Origin: the human T2T-CHM13v2.0 reference genome, Homo sapiens
Reading direction: 5' to 3' (one strand)
Length of the DNA: 64,000 nucleotides
Assembly (NCBI RefSeq): GCF_009914755.1
Contig: NC_060928.1
The notes below the pieces were generated by a model. It did no database searches. It was given only the letters and a program-made list of their open reading frames with translations, and was not told where the DNA came from. A program made the position numbers and the translations under genes. This document shows positions 14,687-29,876 of this stretch, piece after piece. The first letter of the stretch is position 1. Every line of letters starts with the position of its first letter.

Positions 14687-16479
<1,793 letters not shown>

Positions 16480-16966
16480 CAAAATTCCTCTTGTTATTCA
16501 TTTCTAGATTTATTTCCTTGTGGTCAGAGGAGATGCTTGATATTATTTCGATTTTTTTGAATGTTTCAAGACTTGTTTTGTGACCTAACATAAGGTCTAC
16601 CTTTGAGAATGATCCATGTGCTGGGCTGAGGGAAAGAATGTGTATGCTACACCTCTTGGATGAATTTTTCTGTAAATATCTATTAGGTACATTTTTTCTA
16701 CAATGCAGTTTAAGTTCCATGTTCCTTTGTTGATTTTCTGCCTGTAAGATCAGGATGTTGAAGTGTCCAATTATTATTGTATTGGGGCCTATGTATCTAT
16801 TTAGGTCTAAAAATATTTTTTATATATCTGGGTGCTCCAGTGTTGGGTTGATATGTATTTAAAATTGTTATATCATTTTGCTGAATTGACCCCTTTATCA
16901 TTACGTGATAATATTCTTTGTTTCTTCTTATAGTTTTTGCCTTGGAATCTATTTTGTCTGATATAA

Positions 16967-17428
<462 letters not shown>

Positions 17429-17950
17429 TGAAGAGTTAAGTCCATTTAAATCTAATGTTATTATGAATCTGTAAAGACTTACTTCTGTCATTTTGCTATT
17501 TGTTTTCTGGTTGTTTTGTTGTCTTCTCTTCCTTCTTTCTTTCCTTCCTGTCTTCCTTTATTGAAGGTGATTTTTTTCTGGCGATAGATTTAGTTTCTGC
17601 CTTTTTATTTTTTTTTATTTTATTTTTTTTTTTTGGTTTTTGGTTTGAAATTACCATAAGGTTAGCAAATACTATCTTATAAACCATTATTTTAACCTGA
17701 TAACACTGTTTACATAAACAAACAAAAAAAGAAAACTAATAAAAATTCTACTCCTTAAATTCAACTCACCACTTTTTAACTTTTAGTTGTTTCTGTATAT
17801 ATCTTGTTGTACTCTGTCTTAAAAACTTTTGTAGTTATTTTCAATTGGTTCATCATTTAGTCTCTTGCGTACCACAATTACAGTCATAACATAGTCTGTG
17901 TTTTTCTGTGTACTTACTATTACCAGGGAGTTTTGTGCTTTCAGATGATT

Positions 17951-18550
17951 TCTTTCTTTTTTTTTAACTTGTATTTAAAGTTCGTCAATACATATGTAGT
18001 ATAGGTAAACTTGTGTCATGGGGGTTTGTTACACAGAATATTTTATCACTTATGTGTTAAGCCTAGTACTAGTTATTTTTCCTGATCCTCTCACATCTCC
18101 CACTCTCCACCTTCCAAAAGCCCCAGTGTGTGTTGTTCTACTCATTTAGCTTCCACTTATAAGAGAGAACATGCAGTTTTTGGTTTTCTATTCCTGTATT
18201 AGTTTGCTAAAGATAACATACTCCAGGTTCATCCATGTCCCTGCAAAAGACATGATCTTGTTGATTTTTATAGCTGCATAGTATTCCATGGTATATATAT
18301 ACCATATTTTCTTTATTCAGTCTATCACTGATGAATATTTAGGTTGATTCCATGTCTTTACTATTGTGAATAGTGCTGCAATGAATATACACATTCATGT
18401 GTCTTTATGATATAACAATTTATATTCCTTTGGGTATATACCCAGTAATGGGATTGCTGAGTTGAATGGTATTTCTATCTTTAGGTCTTTAAGGAATCAC
18501 CACAATGTCTTCCACTATGGCTGAACTAACTTACACTCTCACCAACAGGG
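17951..18550 (-). mobile_element. L1PA13-16-like 3' fragment
   Basis: ggtaaacttgtgtcatgggggtttgtt...cctgatcctctc 3' UTR signature. Confidence 0.85.
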
Positions 18551-19720
18551 TGCCAGTCATATTGGAGCTGCCAGTCATATTGGAGCTCATTTACATGTTA
18601 TTGGTTTATTTTCTGTTGCTGCTCTCAGGATTCTTTCTTTAACCTTGACCTTTGGGAGTTTGATTATTAAATGCTTTGAGGTGGTCTTCTTTGGGTTAAA
18701 ACTGCTTGATGTTCTATAACCTTCTTTTTCTTGGATATTGATATCTTTTTCTAGGTTTGGAAAGTTCTCTGTTATTATCCCTATCCCTCTGTTATTATCC
18801 CCTATAAACTTTCTACCACTATCTCTTTCTCTACCTTCTCTTTAAGTCTAATAACTCTTAGATTTGCCTTTTTAAGGGTATTTTTTAGATCCTGTAGATG
18901 TGCTTCATTGTTTTCTTTTTTTAATTATTATTTCTTCTTTTGTCACTTTTGACTGTGTATTTTTCAAATAGACTGTCTTCAGGCTTATTAATTCTTCTGC
19001 CTAATCCAGTCTTCTATTAAAGGACTCTGATGCATTCTTTAGTATGCCAATTGCATTTTCAGCTCCAACATTTCTGCTTGATGCTCTTTAATTATTTCAA
19101 TCGCTTTGTTAAATTTATCAGACCGAATCTTGAATTCCTTCTCTGTGTTATCTTGAATTTTTATTAGTTTCCTCAACACAGCTATTTTGAATTCTCTGTC
19201 TGAAAGGTCACATATCTCTGTTTCTCCAGGATTGGTCTGTGTTGGCTTATTTAGTTCATTTGATGAGGTCATGTTTACCTGGATGGTGTTGATGCTCTTC
19301 AGCATCTGGGCATTGAAGAGTTAGGTATTTATTATAATGTTCAATGTCTGGGCTTATTTGTACCTGTCCTTTTTGGTAAGGATTTTCAGATATTTAAAAG
19401 GACTTCGGTGCTGTGATCTTAGGTGTGTTTGCTTTAGGGGGTACCCCAAGCACTGTAATGCTGTGGTTCTAGCAGACTCGTAGAGGTATAGCCTTGATGG
19501 CCTTGGACAAGATCTGAAAGAATTATCTGGATTACCAGGAAGAGACTCTTCTCTTTCCCTACTTTCCCCAAAACAAAAAGAGTCTCTCTCTCTCTCTGTC
19601 TGTTTGGAGCCACCTCAAGCTGAGGGTAGACTGCCACAAGCATTCCTGTGGCCACCGCCACTATGACTGTGCAGGATTAGATCTGAATCAAACATAGCAC
19701 TGGGTCTCACACAAGGCCTG

Positions 19721-19810
19721 CCTTAACCATCCCCTGGGTACTGCCCATATTCTCTCAAGGCCCTGCCTTTACCATTCCCTGGGTACTGCCTATATTCTCT
19801 CAAGGCCCTG
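19721..19810. repeat. 45-bp tandem duplication in L1MA 5' UTR
   Basis: Units 19721-19765 and 19766-19810, with 3 mismatches. Confidence 0.9.
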
Positions 19811-21384
19811 GGCTCTGCAATCAGCCAGTTGGCAAAGCCAGCCAGGCCTATGAACTTCTTTCAGGCCAGTGAGGTCTCTCAGGCCCCAGGTGGGTCCAGA
19901 GATGCCATCCAGGAATCAGGGACTAGAGTCATAAAATCTACCCGGTGTTCTATTCTACTGCAGCTTAGCTGGTAGTAAAACCACGCGATGCAGTCCTTCC
20001 CACTATTCTCTCCTCTTTCCAAAGGCAGAGGAGCCTCAACCTGTAGCCACTACCATTCCTGGCCACAGGAAATACTGCTAGACTACTGCCAATATTCCCT
20101 TAAGGCCCAATGGCTCTTATGACAGTTTGTGGTAAATGCTGTCTGACCTGGCAGTCATCCTTCAGGGCAGTGGGCTCTCCTCTGGCCCAGGGCACATCCA
20201 GAAATGATGTCCAAGAGTCACATCATAGATTCAGGTCCTCTGAGAGCCCACTTGGTGCTCTGCCCCACTGTGGCCATGTTGGTACCTAAGGTCCAAGACA
20301 AAGTCCTCTTTACTCTTCCCTCTGCTTTTCTCAAGCAGAAGGTGTTTTGCCGAGAGACACCACAGCTGGTAATGTGCTGAGTCTCACCTGAAGACCACAA
20401 GTCTCAGAGGCTAACTCAAGGCCCTTGATGTAGCACCTGGGTATCACTGCTGGTTATCCAGGACCAAGGGTTCTTCACTAAGCAGGTAATAAATGCTGCC
20501 AGCACTGGGTTCTTTCCTTCAGGATAGCAGATTCCCTTCCAGCCCAGGGTGTATCAAGAAATGTTGTCTGGGAGCTGAGGTCTGGAACAGCAGCCTCATG
20601 ACTCCAACCGGTGCTGTCTTGCTATGGTACAGCTAATATCCAAGATGCAAGACAAGTTCCTCCCCACTCTTCCCTCTCCTCTCCTCAAGGGAAAATACGG
20701 GGTAACTTTTGCAGCCATGAACTCTGTAGCCTGGGGCTCAGAAGGGGTAATACCAGCCCTTCCTTGACTGCCCCAGCTGGTATCTTAGTACGCCACATGC
20801 CCCACCAGTCCACTATCTCTGGGCCTAGTTCAGCACTAGGACTCACCTAAGAGCTGTAGTCCTTATGGCCTAGACTGCCTTTCAAGTTTACTTGAGGATG
20901 CAATGTGCTACAGCCCTCAGTAGTGAGGTTTACAAGAACTCAAGTTTGGACTGCTGGAATCAGCAATTTCTCTCTGGCTAGGACTGCTTTAAATGTTCCC
21001 TCCAAGGGCAGGCATTAGTTGAGTTTCGTCAGTTTTTCCTTTCTTCTCTAACAGGACAGCATTAAGTTCATGCCTCATAATTGCTGTGTCCTTCCTCCTC
21101 CAATGGCCAGAGATGTTCTCATACCATACTGCCACTGCTAGGGTGTGTGTCGGGGAGGGTTGGGGGGCATTGGCAAGTGAGGACTATTTTTTCCATTTCA
21201 TCAGTGCCTCTTTCGGCGATATGAAATTAAAACCAGGTACTATGAGTGTTCCTCTGATTTTTGGTTCCCTTGAAGATGTTTTTTTCTGTGTAGATAGTTG
21301 TTAAATTGGAATCCTTGTGAGTGGAACAACTGGTGGGGCCTTCCATTCTGCCATCTTCCTCTGCCTACCAACTCCACTTGTATT

Positions 21385-23815
21385 TTTTAATTTAAGACTT
21401 TAGTCCATGTACATTCAATGTTACTGTTGATAAGTAAGAACTTACTCCTACCATTTTGTTATTGTTTGTTTGTTTGTTTTGTGGTCTTCTCTTCCTTTTA
21501 TTCTTTCTTCCTGTCTTCCTTTGTGTGAAAGGAATTTTCTCTGGTGATACGCTTTACTTTCTTGCTTTCTGTTTCATTTGTGTTTCTGTTGTAGGTTATT
21601 TGATTTGAGGTTTCCACAAGGCTTGCAAATAATATTTTTTAACCCATTATTGTAAAGTGATGACAACATTGAGAGCAAGAACAAACAAGCAAACAAAGAC
21701 AAAGTTAGTAAAAACTCTTCACTATAACTTCAGCCACCCTGCATATAACTTTTTGTTGGTTTTATTTATGTCTTATACTGTCTATGTTTTGAAATGGTGT
21801 GGTTTTTATTTTTCATAGATTCATCTTTTAGTCTTTTTTATCAAGATATGAGTAATTTATGCACTGCAGTTACAGTGTTACAATATTTAGTGTTTGTCTG
21901 TGTACTTACTATTGTGAGATTTGTATTTTCAGATGTTTTCTTATTGCTCATTAACATATTTTTCTTTCAGAGCAAAAACCCCCTTTAGTATTTCTTATAG
22001 GACAGGTCTAATGTTGATGAAATTCCTTAGCTTTTGTTTTTCCAGAAAAGTCTTTATTTCTCATTCATATTTAAAGGATATTTTCACTGGATATACTATT
22101 CTAGGATAAAATTTTTATCCTTCAGCACTTTAAATATGTCATCCCACCTTCTCCTGGCCTGTAAAAGTTCTCTGCTGCCAGATGTTTTGGAGGTCCTTTG
22201 TATGTTACTTGCTTCTTTTCTCTTGCTTCTTTTAGAATCCCTTTTTTAAATTATTGACCTTTGGCAGTTCAATTATTAAATGTCTTCAGATAGTCTTAGT
22301 TGGTAAAATCTGCTTCATGTTCTACAACTTTCTTGTATTGAATATTGATATCTTTCTCTAGGTTTAGAAAGTTCTTCATTATTATCCCTTTGAAATAATT
22401 TTCCACCCTGATATCTCTCGCTGTAGCTCCTCTTTAAGGCCAGTAACTCTTAGATTTACCATTTTGAAGCTATTTTCTAGATCTTGTAGGCATATATCAT
22501 TTTTTTTTGTTCTTTTCTCTTTTGTCTTCTCTGATTGTGTATTTTCTAATAGCTTGTCTTCAAGCTCAATAATTTTTTCTTCTGTCTGGTTCATTCTGCT
22601 GCTGAGAGACTGTGATGTGTTCTTCAGTCTGTCAATTACATTTTTCTGCTTAATTTTTTAAAAATTACTTTAACCTCTTTGATATTCTTTGATAGAATTC
22701 TGAATTCCTTCTCATGTTATCTTTAATTTTGTTGTGCATTCTCAAAACTGCTTTTTTGAATTATCTGTATGAAACATTGCATATGCCTCTCCCTCTCCAG
22801 GATTGGTCCCTGGTGCCTTACTTAGTTCATTCAGTAAGGTCATTCTTCCCTGGGTGGTCTTGATGGTTGTGGATGTTCATTTATGTCTAGGCATTGAAGA
22901 ATTGGGTATTTCTTATAGTCTTCACATTCTGGGTTTATTTATATCTATCCTTCCTTGCAAAGTTTTCTGAGAATTCATAGGGAATTGAGTGTTGTGATCT
23001 AACTGTTTGGTCACTGCATCTTCATCTGCATTAGGGGACACCCCAAGGCTAATAATGCTGTAAATTGTACACAGTTACAGAGGTACTGCCTTGGTAGTCT
23101 TGGGTAACATCCAGGAGAATTCCCTGGATTACCAAGCAGAGGCTCTTGTTCCCTTCCTTTGCTTTCTTTCAAACAAATGGAGTCTCTTACTCTGTGTGCT
23201 GAGCTGCCTGGAGCTAGATTAGGGGTGACATAAGCACCCCTATGGCCATCACTACTGGAACTATGCTGGGTTAGACCCAAAGCCAGCACAGCACTGGGTC
23301 TTGCCCAAGGCCTGTCATGACCACTGCTTGGCTACCACCAATGTTCACTAAAGGCCCAGGGGCTTTTCAGTCAGGCAGTACTGAATCCAGCCATGCTTAT
23401 TCCCTTCCCTTCAGGGTGGTGAGCTCCCCGCAGCCAGTGAAGGGTCCAGAAATGCCATTCAAGGAACTGGGTCTGGTGTCAGGAATCTGAGCAATCTACT
23501 TCACTCTCTATTCTACTGCTGCTGAGCTGGCACCAAAACCACAAGGTAAAGTCCTTCTCCCTAATCCATCCCCTTTTCTTAAGCAGTAGAAATCTCTCCC
23601 CATGGTTAACATCATCCTAGGCTCATGTTGTGTACTGCCTGGCTATTGCTAATATTCACTCATAGCCCAAGAGATCTTCAATCAGCTTGGAGTTAATGCT
23701 TCCAGGCGTGGTCTCTCCCTTCAGGGCAGTGGGCCTCCTTATGGCCCAGAGCAGGTCCAGAAATGCCACTCAGGAACCAAGGCCTGAAATTGGGAAACTC
23801 AGGTGTCCACCTGGT
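21385..23815 (-). mobile_element. Second L1MA fragment (partial 5' UTR + ORF1 + inter-ORF)
   Basis: Co-linear diverged paralog of about 17430-20255; ORF1 peptide 22382-22594. Confidence 0.88.
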
Positions 23816-23851
23816 TTTGCTGGAGGGTTTTATTTGGCCACCTTGTTCCCC
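23813..23851 (-). pseudogene. Decayed collagen exon start, truncated by L1
   Basis: GGG GAA CAA GGT GGC CAA ATA AAA CC.. CCT CCA GCA AAA CCA reads GEQ GGQ xKP .PP (G)KP and abuts the L1MA fragment. Confidence 0.5.
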
Positions 23852-23988
23852 AATATGTCTTCTTTTAAATAAATATTTGAAAAGTCAATTGGCTATACAT
23901 GTGCTACTGACATAAAAATCTAATATTTATGAAAACTACTAGAACCGTGTGAAAAATAAAGTAGCACTAAGATCCAGGGCCTAGTTAC

Positions 23989-24023
23989 TTATCTTATTGA
24001 TGTGCTGGCTAAGGGCAATTCCT
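23989..24023 (-). pseudogene. Decayed collagen exon candidate (about 36 nt)
   Basis: tacag|AGG AAT TGC CCT TAG CCA GCA CAT CAA TAA GAT AA|gtaact reads (G)NC x*P (G)HQ xDK. Confidence 0.45.
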
Positions 24024-25303
24024 CTGTACAACTTAGAATTAACTGAGCTAATTCTCAGATGAATTTTCATGCTACTGCAAATGCACAAGTTATATTACTT
24101 CATTGAAAAATAATTGCAACTAATCATGTACAATTTCATATGTTGTCCCCCTGGAAACTGTAATAAATCCAAGATGGTTGATATGCTCTAGCTTAGTAAT
24201 GTAATTGAGTAATAAAGAAAAAGGTATAAAAAATTTAAGCTACCATGCTACTTTATTACTTATGCTGAAATACATGAAAGATCTGACAAATAATTCAAAA
24301 TAATATTTTAAAAGCTCAGTGAGCTACAAGAGACAACAGAAACACAGCTGAACAAAGTAAGGAAAGTAATACATGAACAATATGGAAGTTCAAAAAAGTA
24401 TAGAAATCATTTAGAGAAACAGAAATTCTGGAGCTGAAGAATACAAGGACTGAACTGACAGAGTCAAGAGAATTTCAACAGCAGATGAAGTCAAGCAGAA
24501 GAAAGAATCTGTGAAATCAAAGACATATCATTTGTAATTATGCAGTAAGAGGAACAGAAAGTATTACAAAGGATGAAGAAAGCCTATAGGAACTAATGAA
24601 CATCATCAAGCAAAATACAGTGTGCATTATTGCTGTTTCAGAAGGAACAGAGAAAGAGAAAGGAACAAAAGCTTATTTAAAAAATAATGACAAATACTTC
24701 TCATGTCTCAAAGAGAAATGAACATCCAGATACATAATGGCTAAAGAACCACAATAAGTGAACATCAAGAGATCTTCACTGAGAAACATTATAATTAAAT
24801 TGTCAAAAGTCAAATAATTAAAAAACAAAGTTAAAGAAAAAAAGAATTTTGAAAGCAGTAAGAAAAAGAAACTGATTTCATACAAGGGAATTATCATGAG
24901 ACTAATGGCAGATTTCTCAGCAAAATCTTTGCAGGTCAGAGAAAGTAGGTTGACGTATTCAAAGTGTCAAAACAAAGAAAAAATATCTGTCAACCAAAAA
25001 TACTTTAATTGGCAAAGCTGTCTTTCAGAAATGAAGGAGAGATAAAGAATTTTCTAGAAAAACAAAAGCTTAAGAAATTCACCACTAAACCTCTCCAACA
25101 AGGGAATTCCTAAAGTTAAAACAAAGTAATGGTAAATAGCAACATGAAAACGTGAAAGTACAAAACTTACTGATAAAGATAAGAATATAGCCAAATTCAG
25201 AATACACTTATAAATGGTGATACATAAATCACTATTAACATGGTATAAACATAAGAAGACAAATTATTAAAAAATATAGTTACAATAATTCATTAGTGAA
25301 TAT

Positions 25304-25661
25304 TGATATCATTTGGCTCTGTCCCCACACAAATCTCATGGTGAATTGTAATTCCCATTGTTGGAGGAAGGACCTGGTGGGAGGTGATTGACTCATGAGA
25401 ATGGACTTCCCCATTGCTGTTCTTGTGATGGAGTACTCATGAGATTTGGTTGTTTGATAAATGTGTGGCACCACCTCATTCTCTCTCTCTCTCCTGCCCC
25501 ATGTAAGACATGCCTTGCTTCCCCTTCACCTTCTACCTTGATTGTAAGTTTCCTGAGGCCTCCGCAGCCATGCAGAATTGTGAGTCAATTAAACCTCTTT
25601 TCTTTGTAAATTACCCAGTCACAGGTAGTTCTTTATAACAGTGTAAGAACAAACCAATACA
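25304..25661 (+). mobile_element. THE1D-like solo LTR
   Basis: tgatatcatttggctctgtcccc...aaaccaataca. Confidence 0.88.
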
Positions 25662-26039
25662 TATACACTTTCTAAAAATATATCAATAGTGACATTATTA
25701 ACATGTCAGTGAAGAGAGAATTTGTAAAGAGTAGTTTTTTGGTGTGTGATCAAAGATAAGTTGCGATCAGCTTAAAATGAAGTTTTATAGCTGTAAGATG
25801 TTTCATCTAAACTTCATGGTAATCAGATACAGAAAAGATAGAGAAAAAAGAAACAAAACATAACACTATAAAATTATTGAAACAAAAATGAGATGGCAAA
25901 AGAGAAAGAAACTAAAACAAGTCAGAAGAAAACAAATTGGCAACAATAAGCCCTTACCTATCAATAATCACTTTAAATATAAAGGCATTACATTCTGTAA
26001 CGAAAAGACGCAAAAAAACAATTTCCAACTCTATTCTAC

Positions 26040-26437
26040 TGCATTAGTCCATTCTCACACTGCTATAAAGAACCACCTGAGAGAGACTGGGTAGTTTATG
26101 AAGAAAAGAGGTTTAATTGACTCATAGTTCCACAGCCTGTACAGGAAGCATGGCTGAAAGGTCTATGGAAAATTGCAATGATGGCAGAAGGCAAAAGGGA
26201 AGCAAATGTATCTTACCATCCTGGAGCAGAAGAGAGCAAGATACGGGGAAATACTACACACTTTTAAACAATCTGATCTCATGAGAACTCTATCAAGAGA
26301 CAGCACTAGAGGGATGGTGTTAAACTATTAGAAACCACCCACATGATTCAATCACCTCCTACCAGGCCCCACCTCCAAAACTTGGAATCACAGTTCAATA
26401 TGAGGTTTTGGTGGGGACACACAGCGAAACCATATCA
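26040..26437 (-). mobile_element. MSTA-like solo LTR
   Basis: tgcattagtccattctcac...aaaccatatca; TSD tctac/gctac. Confidence 0.88.
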
Positions 26438-27705
26438 GCTACCTACAAGAAACTAATTTTAGCTTTAAAGATATACATAGGCTGAAAACAAAGATATGGA
26501 AAAAGATAATCCATGCAAATGGTAACTAGAAGAGAGCAAGGATGCCTATAATTATGTGAAAACAAATAGACTCCCTGTTAAAAACTATTGCAAGAGGCAA
26601 AGAAGGTCTTTCATAATAATAAGGGTGTCATCATCAAGAAGATGCATCAACTATAAGTATGTATTCACCCAACATCAGATCACCTAAATATGTAAAATAA
26701 ATATTGCAGAAGTGAAGGGAGAAATAAACAACAATATAATTGTAGTGGGGGACATCAACACCATCAGTACCCCACTTTCAATATTAATAAGTCATCTTGA
26801 AAGAAAGTCAATAAAGAAACAGAAGACTTGAACAAAACTCTGGAACAAAAGTATCTAATAGACATATACAGAACATTCCATCCAACAGCATAATATGCTT
26901 TCTTTTCAAGAGCACATGGAACACTCCAGAATAGACACTATGTTAGCCCAGTAAACCAGTCTTTAAAAGTTGAAGAAGATTGAAATTATGTCAGTTACAT
27001 TTTACTAATTACAATGGCATGAAACTAGAAATCAATAGCAAAAGGAGTAAATTTTATAACAATAAATGCTTACATTAGGACAAAGAAATAAAGAGCCCAA
27101 CTAACTACCTTTATACCATTTATTATTTCTTAATTTAACAATAAATGCTTATACTAAGAAAAAGAAATAAACAACCTAATTTTGTACCTCACGGAACTAG
27201 AAAAAGGAAAAACGAAGCCAAAAGTTAGCAGAGGGAGAAAACAATGATCAGAGTAGAAATAAATGAAAAAGAGACTAGAAAAACAATAGAACAAATCAAT
27301 AAAACTGAGTCAGTTTTTTGGGGAAAAAACAGAATCAATGAACTTTAAGCTAGACTAAGAAAAAGGAAGATTCAAATAAATAAAATTATAAATGACAAAA
27401 GAGACATCACAGCTGATAGCACTGAAATACAAAAGATTATGACTGACTACTGTAAATGATTATGCACCAACAAATTGGATATCTAGAAAATGGACAAATC
27501 CCTAGAAAGAGTAAACGTGCGAAGACTAAATAATAAAGATTTAGAAAATCTGAACAGACCAATAACAAGAGGTTGAATCAGTAATACAAACTTCCAAACA
27601 AAGAAAAACCTGGGACCAGATGGTGTCGCTGGTAAACAAAAAAGATTTAACAATTTTCTCAAACTTATCCACAAAATTGGAGAGGAGGAAACACTTCCAA
27701 AAATT

Positions 27706-27815
27706 GAAGAGGAGGGGAGGGGAGGGAAGAGGACAGAAGGAAGAAGGGGAGGGGAGGGAAGAGGACATAAGGAAGAAGGGGAGGGTAGGGAGGGAAGAGC
27801 AGGTGGGAGAAAGAA
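27706..27815. repeat. GA-rich polypurine low-complexity tract
   Basis: Repeated ggggagggagggaagaggaca units. Confidence 0.85.
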
Positions 27816-27829
27816 GGTGCTAATGGTAT

Positions 27830-28077
27830 CTGTGGGAAAGAGTGACATGACCAAGAGCAATGCCACTCGGATATAGGACAGGTGCTATCAATTTTCCTAA
27901 GTATATGGCTGAATCTTTCTGATAAATTGGGCTTCCTTTCTTTTACTCCCAGAGGACCTAGTATCCCTAGATCCCTCACAAGTCTTCTTGGCCTGGGGTC
28001 TCTCATTTTTCCTGGATGTCCCTTCAGCCCAGGCACTCTTTAACCACGTGAGCATGGCAGGGAGGTTCTGCAGACTC
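27830..28077 (-). pseudogene. Decayed collagen triple-helix exon (best preserved)
   Basis: After cctag: ESA EPP CHA .. [33 protein letters not shown] ERK. From RVP to ERK every first-of-triplet codon is GGN or one change from it (AGA, AGG, GAA). Part of ORF 27665..28036. Confidence 0.85.
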
Positions 28078-28499
28078 CTAGGTGATAAGTGTTACGTTAA
28101 CTGTGAAAATCATCTGTGTTCGTAATATATGGATAACTGGGAACATTGTTGTATTACATTTTCTTCCTAGACTGTTTAACTCAAGGGAGAAAAATGAACT
28201 TAATCTCAGGAAAAAAAATACACTTCTGAATGATTAAATTTATCAATTATGGTTTTAAGCTTTTCCTTTGTTTCTGAATTGGTAGCAAGAAGATCCATTG
28301 AAGTGTTGTGCTATTTAAAAAGACATCACTGCTCTTATTTAAAAGTAAGCAATACATTCAAGTCTCTATTAGAGACACTTTAATATAATAAATATTTTTC
28401 AACACACATGAACTTGTTTAAAAACTTGTTTAGAACTAAGATCCTTCATCATCAGCCAAAGAACATTTCTTTTAGGAATAGATTTTTCAGCATATGAAA

Positions 28500-28571
28500 G
28501 CTGTCCAAAATGTCAGGCAGCTATTTGAATCCAGGTCCATCTTGCAAACTTCCTCAAGGATGCTGTTCCCC
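28500..28571 (-). pseudogene. Decayed collagen exon candidate
   Basis: Reads GEQ -HP *GS LQ DGP GFK *LP DIL DS, with GGA/GAT/GAC/TGA at most Gly positions. Confidence 0.55.
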
Positions 28572-28814
28572 ACAGATGGTGCTCTTCACTTTAGTTTGTT
28601 TTCACTGTGCTTATTCATGAAATGACAGATGTTATTGAGAAAATGACTCCCTACTCTAATTACAAACAGCTTTATACACAGAGCAAAACATAAATAATAA
28701 AACCCTCTTGAGTTAATATCAGATATTAGGCAAATTAAACATATCCTTAGGTCATCAGCAAAACAGAAGAACCAAACATTTTACCAATTAGCTTATTAAG
28801 GTATTGTTTTATGT

Positions 28815-29060
28815 AATATAATTAATTGGCTTTAAGTGTACAACTTGATAAGTTTATAAAAATGTATACAGTCATATAGCCACCTCTACCATCATAATCC
28901 ATTTCTATCACTTCAGAAAATCTCCTCATGCTCTTGGCAGTAACGGCCCCCCCAAACACAAAAAGAATTGATAATGGATACATTATTTTAGTTACTTTAT
29001 AGAAATACCCAAGAGCTATCCATATTAATGCCTTGGATAAAACATTTTTCTTGTGATGTG
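28815..29060 (-). mobile_element. L1MC/ME 3' end fragment
   Basis: tttaagtgtacaacttgata...atgtatacagtcatatagccacc. Confidence 0.55.
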
Positions 29061-29400
29061 AAAATGAATCCAATATTCAAAAATCCATAAGAGATCTCCA
29101 GCTCATATCAGAATAGTTGGTATAACTCATTCACATTTAAGAAACTGGTTCATGAAAAGAAGCAGAGAAAATTTAGGATATTATTTTAAATTTCCTTGGT
29201 TATTTTAAACAAGAATTTTATGATTCTTTTTTCATTATTTTGATAACAGAGTCCTCAAAATAATGTGAAGTGGTTTCATCTAATTTCAAGTGTTTATTGC
29301 AATAATCTCAGGTCTGTGCCAGACTTTTGCCACTATGAGGCAGTATCATAGGCATTGCCATGACAGTAGAACAATTAAATTGCCACCAGAGGCATAAAGC

Positions 29401-29431
<31 letters not shown>

Positions 29432-29876
29432 AAGAAGAAAGAAAGAAAGTAATGAATTCTGAAATATCTATACTGTCTACCTCATAGCCAGTAATTGTAA
29501 TAATTTCTCAAGCTGGCTAAATTTTTCAGTTAAGAAAATTGTGATTCTTGAAGCTTTATCATAACATTACCTTTTGCCTCTTAAAATATATATTCCTTCC
29601 CATCTACTCTCCATTTATAATTCCAGTTGCAAAATGACAGGGATTTAGACTGATGTTGTTCAGTAGTTTTTATCAATAAGAAACTATTGCACTGAAAGTC
29701 TCAAATTCTGATAATTACTATTTCTACAAGTACCACAAAATATTTGTAATCAGGCAAGGTTGGAATGGGGGTTGTTACTGTATATTTATTATCTACATTG
29801 ATGAGTGATAGGAAGACAATGGTGTCCAAAACCTTCTCTATTTCTGTCCTTTAGAACTCAAAATCTAGAGAAGGGG

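Larger units (their letters stand above)
24270..27715 (+). mobile_element. Older L1M (ORF1 to ORF2 endonuclease/Z region), interrupted by two LTRs
   Basis: Decayed ORF1 and EN-region motifs (cacccaacatcagatcacctaaata; gacatatacagaacattcca). Confidence 0.85.

Noticed and set aside
27483-27866. Pro/Ser-rich 127-aa ORF and overlapping ORFs
   Set aside because: They arise from the GA-rich low-complexity tract and L1 antisense sequence.
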